A model generated the notes under the pieces. That model was not told the DNA's origin, searched no databases, and worked only from the letters and a program-made list of their open reading frames with translations. A program made the position numbers and the translations under genes. This document shows, in pieces, positions 9,186 through 17,790 of a stretch of DNA of 64,000 nucleotides. The DNA comes from Rhodospirillales bacterium (lineage in GTDB: Bacteria > Pseudomonadota > Alphaproteobacteria > Rhodospirillales > CAMCUA01): contig CBDFHV010000069.1 in the NCBI GenBank assembly GCA_965247705.1, positions 6,085 through 70,084 on the forward strand. The letters are read 5' to 3'. Every line of letters starts with the position of its first letter. The stretch's first letter is position 1.

Positions 9186-9453
9186 TCCACCGGTCGACAA
9201 GCATGTCGGCGTAGGCCGCGCGGACAGTGGGCATCCGGGGGGACTGTTTGTGCGCCTCCAGGGCCGCGTCGTCGGCGTAGACCTCGTAGACGAAGGCCCG
9301 GTCCGGATCGTCGGCGGCCATCAGGACATCGAACTGAAGGCAGCCCGCCTCTTCTTCGATGGTGCCCTCGGCATGGTCGCGGATGATCTTCTCGAAGGCC
9401 TGCCGCTGGCCGGGTTTCAGTTGGTATTCGACGATCAACGACACCTTGGCCAT
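9160..9453 (-). CDS. antibiotic biosynthesis monooxygenase (ABM) domain protein
   Basis: 97-aa ORF (MAKVSLIVEYQLKPGQRQAFEKIIRDHAEGT...CLQFDVL...EVYADDAALEAHKQSP) with a ferredoxin-like ABM pattern. Confidence 0.7.
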   Translation of the reverse strand: MAKVSLIVEYQLKPGQRQAFEKIIRDHAEGTIEEEAGCLQFDVLMAADDPDRAFVYEVYADDAALEAHKQSPRMPTVRAAYADMLVDRWISVCTVVS

Positions 9454-9622
9454 GAAACCCTCCTGTCACCGGGTTCAGCCGTTGTAGCCTGACTGGATTA
9501 ACCTTGAAAGTGGCGCTACCCTATACCAAGAGGCACTGAACGGGAGATACGCCACGGCCAAGCTCGCCCCCCGCATCCGCATTTCCGCCCCCGTTTCCCC
9601 CTTCACCGAGAAGGGCGACTTC

Positions 9623-10480
9623 ATGCCGGACGCCTACGCCGAGCTGGTGCGCTGGTTCGTCGAGCGGGGCACCCGGGGCTTCCTCGTCGCCGCCGACAAC
9701 GGCGAGCACTGGACCCTGTCCCTGGACGAGATCAAGCGGATCACGGAGATCACCATGAAGGAATCCGGCGGCACCATGCCGGTCTACGTGGGCGCCTGGG
9801 CGATCACCGAGAAGGAAGCCATCGAGCGCGCGGCTGCCGCGGCGGAAGCCGGCGCCTATGGGCTGTGCGTCAAGCCCCAGTTCTACGTCCATTCCTGGAC
9901 CGACGCTTCCGAGGCCGACATCGTCGGCCGCTTCGAGGCCGTGGCCAAGGCCGTGCCCTTGCCGATGATGATCTACAACTCCCCCAACCGCACCAACGTC
10001 AACATCACTCACGACATGCTGCACAAGATCTGCGACGTGGTGGAGGCGGACTGCCTGAAGGACACCAGCGGCGACCCGGCTTTCCTGCTGCAGCGGGTAC
10101 TCCAGTTCCGCGACAAACTGTCGGTGCTGGTCAGCGGCAGCTCCTTCTACACCGGCATGCTGCTGGGCGCCGGCGGCATGATCGCCACGGTCGCCGACCT
10201 CTTCGGCCACGATGCAGATAGGATCTTCGACTTCGAGTCCATGACCGAGGACGAACGCCGCGAGGAGATGGTCAAGCAGCTTGAACTGGGCGACTGCATC
10301 AACCTGCTGGGCACTATCCCGGCGGCCTACAAGTGCGCCTGGAACATGATGGGCCTCCCCGCCGGCCACCTGCGCGATCCCTTGAAGCCCCTGACGCCGG
10401 AGCAGGAGGGAAAACTTCGTGCCATGATGACCAAGTGGGGCGTGCTCACGGCCGACCAGGCGGTTCGCGCGGCGGAGTGA
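9623..10480 (+). CDS. DapA/NAL family lyase paralogue, 5' end unresolved
   Basis: 285-aa ORF with the lysine context ADCLKDTSG. Family homology (ISAPVSPFTEKGDF) continues upstream of the first ATG, where no ATG, GTG or TTG exists in frame (see findings). Confidence 0.7.
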   Translation: MPDAYAELVRWFVERGTRGFLVAADNGEHWTLSLDEIKRITEITMKESGGTMPVYVGAWAITEKEAIERAAAAAEAGAYGLCVKPQFYVHSWTDASEADIVGRFEAVAKAVPLPMMIYNSPNRTNVNITHDMLHKICDVVEADCLKDTSGDPAFLLQRVLQFRDKLSVLVSGSSFYTGMLLGAGGMIATVADLFGHDADRIFDFESMTEDERREEMVKQLELGDCINLLGTIPAAYKCAWNMMGLPAGHLRDPLKPLTPEQEGKLRAMMTKWGVLTADQAVRAAE

Positions 10481-10565
10481 GGAGCGGGCCGGTCTGGGAC
10501 CGGCCCCTACGCCCTTGAAATCCCCTTGCGTAGGGGCGGGTCTCAGACCCGCCCTGTCCCGCTCC
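10481..10565. repeat. REP-like palindromic repeat pair (likely bidirectional terminator)
   Basis: GGGCCGGTCTGGGACCGGCCC (10486-10506) plus CTACGC, then GCGTAG plus GGGCGGGTCTCAGACCCGCCC (10534-10554), bracketed by GGAGCGGG/CCCGCTCC. Lies between convergent genes. Confidence 0.75.
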
Positions 10566-10570
10566 GTTCC

Positions 10571-11818
10571 TCAATAGGTCATCGCCGCGCCCTTGCCGCG
10601 GGCACCGGTGCGGCGCACCGTCTCGACGGCCTCCTTCAACTGGGCCAGGTACTCGTCGCAGGCCGCCTCGTGGGGCAGGGACAGGCCGATCAGGATGCCC
10701 TTGGGCTGGACCAGGCGGCCGACGAACCAGTCCCTCTCGGTCAGCACATCGGCCACCGCCCCCATGTCGACGGCCGGATCGTGGCTGCTGAAGGTGATGA
10801 TCAGGGAATGGGGCTGGCCGTTGATGTGCAGCCCGTCGATGGCGTTGATGCCGTCCATGTAGCGCTGGCGCATGGTCATCAGCCGGTCGTTGAGCTTCAG
10901 ATAGCCGTCGCGGCCCAGGTAGTTCATCACCGCCCAGGCCCCCGAAATGGAGCCGCCGGGCCGGGAGCTGGCGACATTGGGGTTGGCGAAGCGGCCGACC
11001 GGCCATTCGTCGAACTCGAACGGCTGGTAGCGTTCGAAGTCCGGGTTGCGGTAGAGCACGGTGGAGGTGCCCTTGGCGCAGAACCCGTACTTGTGCAGGT
11101 CCGCCGAGATCGACATCACCCCCGGCACCGTGAAGTCGAAGTCGGGGACGGGATAGCCGAGCTCGCGGCAGAAGGGCGCGGTGTAGCCCGATACACAGGC
11201 ATCCACGTGCAGCCACAGGCCCCGCTCCCGGGCCAGTTCGCTCAGATCCTCGATGGGATCGATCACGCCGTAGGGGAAGCAGACGGCGGAGCCCAGCAGG
11301 GCAATGGTGTCGGGCGAAATGGCCTTGGCCATGGCCTTCACGTCGGCGCGGAAATCCTCCCCCACGGGTACCCGGGTGACCTTCAGGCCCAGGTACTGGC
11401 CGGCCCGGTTGAAGGTGGGGTGGCCCGAGTAGGGAATGACGATCTCGGGCTGGGTCACGTGGGGCAGCTTGTCCCGGGCCCAGTCCCGGGCCGCCTTCAT
11501 GGCGACGAAGATGCTTTCCGACCCGCCCGACGTGATGTGGCCCACGGAGTCCGGACCGCGCAGCAGTTCGGCGCCGAAATCGAGCACCCCGTCCTCCATG
11601 ATCTTCAGGCTCTTGAACGTGCGGCCGGCGCCGCCGCCGTTCTCCTGCATGAACATGGTGTAGCCCTTGATCTGAATGTCGAAGATGTCGTCCCCGCCGT
11701 ACCAGACGTGGAACGGCACCCGCCCACCTCGCCAGTCGGCGTCGTCCTGGCGAAAGGAAGCCATTTCCGTTTCCAGCTCTCCCCAGGTCCGGCCGGATTG
11801 GGGCAAAATGTTGCGCAT
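10571..11818 (-). CDS. PLP-dependent group II decarboxylase / sphingosine-phosphate-lyase-like enzyme
   Basis: Part of ORF 10571..11848. The ATG at 11818 is preceded by GGGAGGA. It has the PLP-lysine segment SISADLHKYG. Confidence 0.8.
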   Translation of the reverse strand: MRNILPQSGRTWGELETEMASFRQDDADWRGGRVPFHVWYGGDDIFDIQIKGYTMFMQENGGGAGRTFKSLKIMEDGVLDFGAELLRGPDSVGHITSGGSESIFVAMKAARDWARDKLPHVTQPEIVIPYSGHPTFNRAGQYLGLKVTRVPVGEDFRADVKAMAKAISPDTIALLGSAVCFPYGVIDPIEDLSELARERGLWLHVDACVSGYTAPFCRELGYPVPDFDFTVPGVMSISADLHKYGFCAKGTSTVLYRNPDFERYQPFEFDEWPVGRFANPNVASSRPGGSISGAWAVMNYLGRDGYLKLNDRLMTMRQRYMDGINAIDGLHINGQPHSLIITFSSHDPAVDMGAVADVLTERDWFVGRLVQPKGILIGLSLPHEAACDEYLAQLKEAVETVRRTGARGKGAAMTY

Positions 11819-11893
11819 CGAGACGTCCTCCCAAGTTCTCAAGACCATGGTGACAGACCCACGTGCCGCAAGCCTATCATCTTTCCGCCGTCA

Positions 11894-12766
11894 TCACCGC
11901 GCCCCGGCGGACACCCGCTCCCGGTGGGCGACGTAGACGCCGGCGGCGAAGATTATGGTGCCGCCGACCCAGGTCCACAGGTCGGGCAACTCGGAAAACA
12001 CCAGGTAGCCGATCATGGTGGCCCACAGCAGCTTGGCGAAATCCAGTGGTACGACGGCACCCACTTCGGCGTGGCGGAAGGCCTGGGCGATGGACCAATG
12101 GCCCAGCGCCCCGGCGGCGCCCAAACCGACAACAAACAGAATTTGCTCCGCACTGGCCGGCTCCCACACGAACAAGGCGGCGAGGAAAGTCACCGGCGTG
12201 GCCACCATGCCCAGGTAGAGGGTGATGGTGAGACTCGATTCCGTGCGCGACAGGGTCTTGATCACCGCCATCGCCCCGCCCCAGGTGGCGGCGCCCAGAA
12301 GGGTCGCCACCTCCCCCCAGCCGGGATCGGCGAAGCCGGGGCGCAAGACGACGAGAGCCCCGGCAAAGCCGACCAGAAGGGCGAGCAGCCGGCGGGTTCG
12401 AAAGGTCTCACCCAGGAACAGGAGCGCCAACACGGACGCGAACAGGGGTGCGCTGAACCCCAGGGCGGCGAAGGTCTCCAACTTGACCCGGCTGAGGCCG
12501 AAGAACATGGCCATCATTGCAAAGGCGGTCAACAGGCCGCGGAGCATGAGCAGCACCGGGCGCTTGGTGCGCAGGGGCGCCAACCCGTAACGGAGAAATG
12601 GCGGCGTCATCACCAGGAAGCCGAACAAGGATCGCAGGAACGCCACCTGAACCGGCGGCAGTTCGCGAGTCACATGGTGAACGCCCGCGTTGAGCACAGT
12701 GAAACTGAGGCCGGCGAGGACCATGTAGGCCATGCCCCGCGGCGTCGATTCCTTCGGAGGGATCAC
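11894..12766 (-). CDS. DMT superfamily (EamA-like) transporter
   Basis: 290-aa polytopic ORF. The GTG start overlaps the selB stop (GTGA at 12763-12766). Confidence 0.8.
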   Translation of the reverse strand: MIPPKESTPRGMAYMVLAGLSFTVLNAGVHHVTRELPPVQVAFLRSLFGFLVMTPPFLRYGLAPLRTKRPVLLMLRGLLTAFAMMAMFFGLSRVKLETFAALGFSAPLFASVLALLFLGETFRTRRLLALLVGFAGALVVLRPGFADPGWGEVATLLGAATWGGAMAVIKTLSRTESSLTITLYLGMVATPVTFLAALFVWEPASAEQILFVVGLGAAGALGHWSIAQAFRHAEVGAVVPLDFAKLLWATMIGYLVFSELPDLWTWVGGTIIFAAGVYVAHRERVSAGAR

Positions 12767-14670
12767 GGGCGGGGGAACATGGATGCCGCCGGGCGGACCA
12801 CTTGCCGCCCGTCGCCCCGGCGTTTGGTGAATCCCTGGGCGTCGAAAAACTCCAGGACCTCGATCGCCAGGTTGCGGCCGATGCCCGTGCGATCGCGGTA
12901 GGCCCGGGCGTCGAACTGGCCGTCGCCGTTCTCTCCCGCCAGGGCCTCGGCCGCCGCCGCCAGGTCGGCCAGGGCGGCGGGCGGGAAGAAACGGTTCTTG
13001 GCCACCCGCTTGAGGAGTCCCTGACCGGCGGCGCGGATCAGGAACCGCTCCACCTCCCCCGGCGGCATGCGCAAGGACTCGGCCAGTTCATGGACCCGCG
13101 CCGCGCGGGTCCCGCCGGCAAGCAGCAGCGGCTGTACCCGGGACCACAGGGATGCGTCGGCCTTGGACAGGGTGGCTTTGCGGCCCGGCGGCCGCACGAA
13201 GCCGCCCGCGCGCTCCACCGCCCCGTCGCCGGCCAGGGACCCGAGGACCGCTTCCAGTTCAACGGGGGAGACATCGGCGCCCAGGGAGGTTCGCAAATCC
13301 CCTTCGGCCAAGCCCCGGCCGTCGTCGCTTGTGTCCGCGTCGACGGCGGCCACCACCCGCTTGCCCAGATCCCGCCAGCGGACCTGGTCGAATCCGCGGG
13401 CGCCGGACCGAACCAGGGGCACGGCGGCGAACAGGGCCGTGGCTTCGTCGGTCGTCAGGTTGCGGGCGCCGGCAAAGGCTTCCAGGTCGACGCCATTCGG
13501 CGACACCGTCAGCAAGCCCGTCAGGGCCGCCACCGGGTCCGCCGCCTCCAGGGCCCGTACCACCGCCAATCGCTGGGGCCGGCGGCGGCCCCGGGCGGGG
13601 GCGAATGGATCGATGACCTGGCCGCCGGCCATGGTGCGCTGGGCCGAACGGTCGCGGAGGATGAAGCGGTCCCCATGACGGGCGCAGGTGGGCTCGTCCA
13701 AGACGATCTGGACCAGGGCTGAGTCCCCGGGCGCGACCCGCCGGCCTTCCAGCAGGGCCACCCTGCCCGTGATGTCGGCGGCGCCCAGATGCACGTGCAC
13801 CGATGTCCAGTGGGACAAGGGCCGCGGCTCGGAGCGCAGGAGCCGCAGCCGGGCGTCGATGCGCCGGGTCCCCTCCCCCGCCGCCGGCGCCACCAGCCAG
13901 TCGCCCCGGCGGACGCGATCCCGCGCCAGGCCCGGCCCGGCGATGTTGAGGGCCAATCGCTGACCGCGGCCGCCCCGATCGGCTGCCCGGTTCTGGGCGT
14001 GGAGCCGGCGGACCCGCGCCTTCAGCCCCCGGGGGCTGAGAAGAACCTCGTCTTCGACCGCCACCGCGCCGGAGAACACCGTGCCGGTGACCACCACGCC
14101 CGCGCCCTTGAGCACGAAGCAGCGGTCGATGGCGAGCCGGAACCGGCCCGGCGACGTTCGGTCCTGCCATCGCCGCGCCGCCGCCTCGAGAGCCGTCGAC
14201 AGCGCCGGCACGCCGTCTCCGGTGAGGCCGGAGACGGGGAACAGGGGCGCGCCCTCCAGCACCGTCCCCATGGTGAGGATGTGGATGTCCTCGGTCACTT
14301 CGGCCAACCGCGATGGATCTACCCGGTCGATCTTGGTCAGCGCCACGGCGCCGTCGTCGACGCCGATCAGGTCGAGGATGGCCAGATGCTCCTCGGTCTG
14401 GGGCATGGGGCCGTCGTCGGCGGCGACGATCAAGAGGGCGAAGTCGATCCCGGTGACCCCAGCCACCATGTTGCGCACGAACCGTTCGTGCCCCGGCACG
14501 TCGACGAAACCGATGACCGAACCGTCCGGACCCGGCACGTAGGCGAACCCCAGGTCGATGGTCATTCCGCGCGCCTTCTCCTCCGGCAGGCGGTCAGCGT
14601 CGACCCCGGTCAGGGCTTTCACCAGAAGAGTCTTGCCGTGGTCGATGTGGCCGGCGGTGGCGACGATCAC
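12763..14670 (-). CDS. selB: selenocysteine-specific translation elongation factor
   Basis: 635 aa. It has the G-domain start [22 protein letters not shown]...[17 protein letters not shown] and a long winged-helix C-terminal extension. The GTG start overlaps the selA stop. Confidence 0.93.
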   Translation of the reverse strand: MIVATAGHIDHGKTLLVKALTGVDADRLPEEKARGMTIDLGFAYVPGPDGSVIGFVDVPGHERFVRNMVAGVTGIDFALLIVAADDGPMPQTEEHLAILDLIGVDDGAVALTKIDRVDPSRLAEVTEDIHILTMGTVLEGAPLFPVSGLTGDGVPALSTALEAAARRWQDRTSPGRFRLAIDRCFVLKGAGVVVTGTVFSGAVAVEDEVLLSPRGLKARVRRLHAQNRAADRGGRGQRLALNIAGPGLARDRVRRGDWLVAPAAGEGTRRIDARLRLLRSEPRPLSHWTSVHVHLGAADITGRVALLEGRRVAPGDSALVQIVLDEPTCARHGDRFILRDRSAQRTMAGGQVIDPFAPARGRRRPQRLAVVRALEAADPVAALTGLLTVSPNGVDLEAFAGARNLTTDEATALFAAVPLVRSGARGFDQVRWRDLGKRVVAAVDADTSDDGRGLAEGDLRTSLGADVSPVELEAVLGSLAGDGAVERAGGFVRPPGRKATLSKADASLWSRVQPLLLAGGTRAARVHELAESLRMPPGEVERFLIRAAGQGLLKRVAKNRFFPPAALADLAAAAEALAGENGDGQFDARAYRDRTGIGRNLAIEVLEFFDAQGFTKRRGDGRQVVRPAASMFPRP

Positions 14671-16061
14671 GGGCGCAAGTGCTCCAACTGGCCGACGAAG
14701 GCGCTTTCGTCCTCAAGGCAGCGCAAGTCGAACAGCAGCGCCCCATCGGCGATGCGGCCGACCACTGGCACGGGGAGGGAGCGGAACGCCGCCGCCAGCC
14801 GCTTGATGGCCCCGTCGACGCCCCGGCGCGCCAGTGGCCTGAGGGCCAGGCCGGCGCTCTCCAGGCGTTCCATCGGCAGGGAACCGCTGCCCAACTGGCT
14901 GCGGCAGGGAACGACGGCAACGTCGAAGGCCGCCGCCAGCCGTTGGGCCAGGGGGACCGCCAGCCGTTGGGCCAGGGCCTCGATGTCCCCATACGGGCGG
15001 GCCAGCAGGCGGACGGTGGGCAAGCGTTCGGCCAGGCGGTCGGGGTCGGCGTAGAGGCGTAAGACGGCGCCGAGGGCGGCGATGGTCAGCTTGCCGCAGC
15101 GCAAGGCCCGCTTCATGGGATTGCGCTTGAGCCGCTTCACCAGGTCGGCGCGGCCGACGACCACGCCCCCCTGGGGCCCGCCGAGAAGCTTGTCGGTGCT
15201 GAAGGTAACCAGATCGGCGCCGGCGGCAAGCGCCTCCATGGGCGTCGGCTCGTGGGGCAGACCGTAGCGGGCCAGGTCGACCAAGGTGCCGCTGCCCAGG
15301 TCGACCGCGAAGGGCAGGCCGCTGTCGTGGGCGATGCGGGCCAGTTCCGCTTCCGGCACTTCGGCGGTGAAGCCCTCGACCGCGTAGTTGGAGCGGTGGA
15401 CCTTCATCAAGAGCGCGGTGCGGGGGCCGATGGCGTCGGCAAAATCCCGGGCGTGGGTGCGGTTCGTCGTGCCCACCTCCACCAGCCGGCAGCCGGCCCG
15501 GGCCATGATGTCGGGCATGCGGAAAGCGCCGCCGATCTCGATCAACTCGCCCCGGGACACCGGGACCTCGCGGCGGTTGGCCAGGCTGTTGAGCAGCAGC
15601 AACACGGCGGCGGCGTTGTTGTTGACGATGGTCGCCGCCTCGGCCCCGGTCAGGCGGACCAGCAGGTCCTCCACGTGGCTGTCCCGGTCTCCCCGCCGGC
15701 CGGTCGCCAGGTCGTACTCCAGGTTGGCGGCGCCGGCGACGGCGGCGATGGCAGCGACGGCTTCCGGCGGCAGGGGCGCCCGACCCAGGTTGGTATGCAG
15801 CACCGTCCCCGTCAGGTTGATGACCGGCCGCAGGCTCGGTTGGGCGCCGGCCGCCACCAGTTCTTGCGCCCGGGCCGCGATCGCCGCGTTACTTGCCCGG
15901 TCGGTGGCGACGGCCTCTCGGGATTCCGCGATGGCCGCGCGCACCGCCTCGGTGGTCGGCCGGCGGCCGAATTCCCGCACCAGCGCCGCCACCTGCGGCA
16001 GGCGAAGGATTCGATCCACGGACGGCAAGGCGGCGCGGGCCGAGGGGACGGGATCGGGCAT
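14667..16061 (-). CDS. selA: L-seryl-tRNA(Sec) selenium transferase
   Basis: 464 aa. The start [12 protein letters not shown] is SelA-like, and [13 protein letters not shown] is the PLP-lysine segment. Confidence 0.93.
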   Translation of the reverse strand: MPDPVPSARAALPSVDRILRLPQVAALVREFGRRPTTEAVRAAIAESREAVATDRASNAAIAARAQELVAAGAQPSLRPVINLTGTVLHTNLGRAPLPPEAVAAIAAVAGAANLEYDLATGRRGDRDSHVEDLLVRLTGAEAATIVNNNAAAVLLLLNSLANRREVPVSRGELIEIGGAFRMPDIMARAGCRLVEVGTTNRTHARDFADAIGPRTALLMKVHRSNYAVEGFTAEVPEAELARIAHDSGLPFAVDLGSGTLVDLARYGLPHEPTPMEALAAGADLVTFSTDKLLGGPQGGVVVGRADLVKRLKRNPMKRALRCGKLTIAALGAVLRLYADPDRLAERLPTVRLLARPYGDIEALAQRLAVPLAQRLAAAFDVAVVPCRSQLGSGSLPMERLESAGLALRPLARRGVDGAIKRLAAAFRSLPVPVVGRIADGALLFDLRCLEDESAFVGQLEHLRP

Positions 16062-16141
16062 GGGAGAAACCGAAATGGAACGGTTGGCTTTGCGGCGATC
16101 AGCCTATCACGCCCCGTCGCGCTATCTCCAGGGCGACCGGG

Positions 16142-17395
16142 TCAGGCGGGCACCCGTTCCATATAGTCCGCCATCAAACTCTTGATTCGGTCGTCGTTGG
16201 GGACGATTCCGGACAGGCCGAGGAACTTGATATCTTCGTCGGAGTCCTGGCGAAATGCGTGGGCGAGGCGGAACAGCAGGCGGGCGGCGGCGGTTTCCTG
16301 CCAGAACCAGTCGCGCAAGGGGTCGATCGAAATGGTGGTGTCGCGGGCGGTGACGGCTTCCGTATAGAAGGCCTTCAAGTCCTGGAGGGCGAAGCGCACC
16401 GTCTGGTCCATGTCCAGGCCCCGATCCCTGGCCGGCTCGCGGCCCCCTTCCAGCACCGCCTTCAGGAAGGGCGGGATGGCCTCGATGGGGAAGCCGCTGG
16501 GCCCCATGGTGGTGGCCTGACCGGCCGCCAGCCGCCGCTCGAACCAGGGCCGCAGGCGGGCGATCTCGTCCAGGGTCTGTTCGACCAGGTCTGTGATGGT
16601 CCCGTCGCGGCCCGGCGGCGGGCCGAAGGAGACCGGGCAGGACCAGCCTTCCCCCGAATCCTCGTCGTCCCCGGAAGTCTCCGGCGCCTGTTCCGGGAAA
16701 TCGACGATTAGAGGACCGGAGGGCGCCTCCAGCAAGGCCAGGGCCGCGCGGATCACCCGCTTCTGAAACTCCACGGCCCCGGGCGGCCCGATGGGACGGC
16801 CCATTTCGAAGGGAACCCACAGGCTGCGCGGCGGCATCATGCGCTCGGAATGTTCGCGCAGGATGCTGATGATGGTGGTGGGAATGCCTTCCCGTTCGAT
16901 GACTTGGGCCAGCCCGCTCACGGCGCGCGTGCAGTTGGGTCAGACGGGCACCAGGAGAACGGCATCGACCTTCTCCGCCCTCAGCAGGCCGGCCAGTTCG
17001 CGGGCATAAGGCTCCATGAACTCGGGTCCGGTGGCGCCCATGAAGAAATAGTGATGGTTCGCCGCCGCGCCGATCTCGCCGTCCGCCGCCATCTCCCGCA
17101 GCCGGTCGGTGGGAAAGATGACGTTGAGGTCCGCCTGGAAGCCGGTGCGGTCGTAGTTGGTGGAAATGTGGCTCATCACCACGTCGTCGGCGTCCAGCGG
17201 AATCACTCGATAGTCGGCCCCGTTGCGAGCGAAGGGGCGGTCGCCCCGGCGATGAATGCCGGCGCTGGAGATCAGAGCGACCCGGCGCTGGGATACGGGT
17301 TTCCCCAGCGCCCACGGCCGGTCCTCGTAGGTCGGGCACGGCAGCGCCGCCAAGTGGCTGCGCAGGGGTTCCTGGAGATCGCTCAGTCGGACCAT
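16142..17395 (-). CDS. glycine/sarcosine/betaine/D-proline reductase B-type (GRDB family) selenoprotein with Sec at the TGA codon 16940-16942
   Basis: ORFs 16940..17395 and 16142..16921 share one frame and are separated only by a TGA and six sense codons. Read-through gives LLVPV-U-PNCTRAVSGLAQVIEREGIPTT. selA and selB lie immediately downstream. Confidence 0.8.
16906..16939 (-). promoter_or_regulatory. candidate SECIS region downstream of the UGA
   Basis: The mRNA reads UGA CCC AACUG CACG-CGCGC-CGUG AGC GGG CUGGCCC. CACG/CGUG (16931-16919) can pair, extended by CCC/GGG, and an alternative GGGCUGGCCC hairpin exists. Not folded computationally. Confidence 0.35.
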
Positions 17396-17790
17396 GGGAT
17401 TCCCGTCATGGAGGCCCCCGCACCCTGTCGGGATTGCGGCATCGGGTCAATGGGTGGCGTCTGTCGGCAAGGTTTCATATTGAAAGCCGCAATGATGGCC
17501 GGTCTCAACGTTCCCGTATCGACCCATCGCGGAACCCGGTATGTCGCCGCGCAATCCGACCTGCCGCCTATCCAGCCCCGCCAAAAGCCGCAAACGAAGC
17601 GCGGCTGTTTCGATGGAATGCGCGGCGATATTTCGGTGTCGGGATATATTACGTCCGCCCAATACGCCAAGACAGCGTTCCGGTTTCCTCAAGCCATTGA
17701 TATTAAGGTGATTAATTAAAAATCGCAGGTTTCCACGACTTTTCAGGGTGTCGGCATTTCTTACAGTTCCGGCACGGACGTAATTATCAA

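Noticed and set aside
17396-17790. I looked for selC (tRNA-Sec) in the non-coding stretch upstream of the selenoprotein gene, and also in the 16062-16141 spacer.
   Set aside because: The TCA-containing segments (for example GCTTTCAATAT on the minus strand near 17480) lack complementary anticodon-stem arms. I saw no GGTTCGA-type T-loop and no 8-bp acceptor pairing. No tRNA can be supported by eye, but tRNAscan-SE or ARAGORN should still be run.
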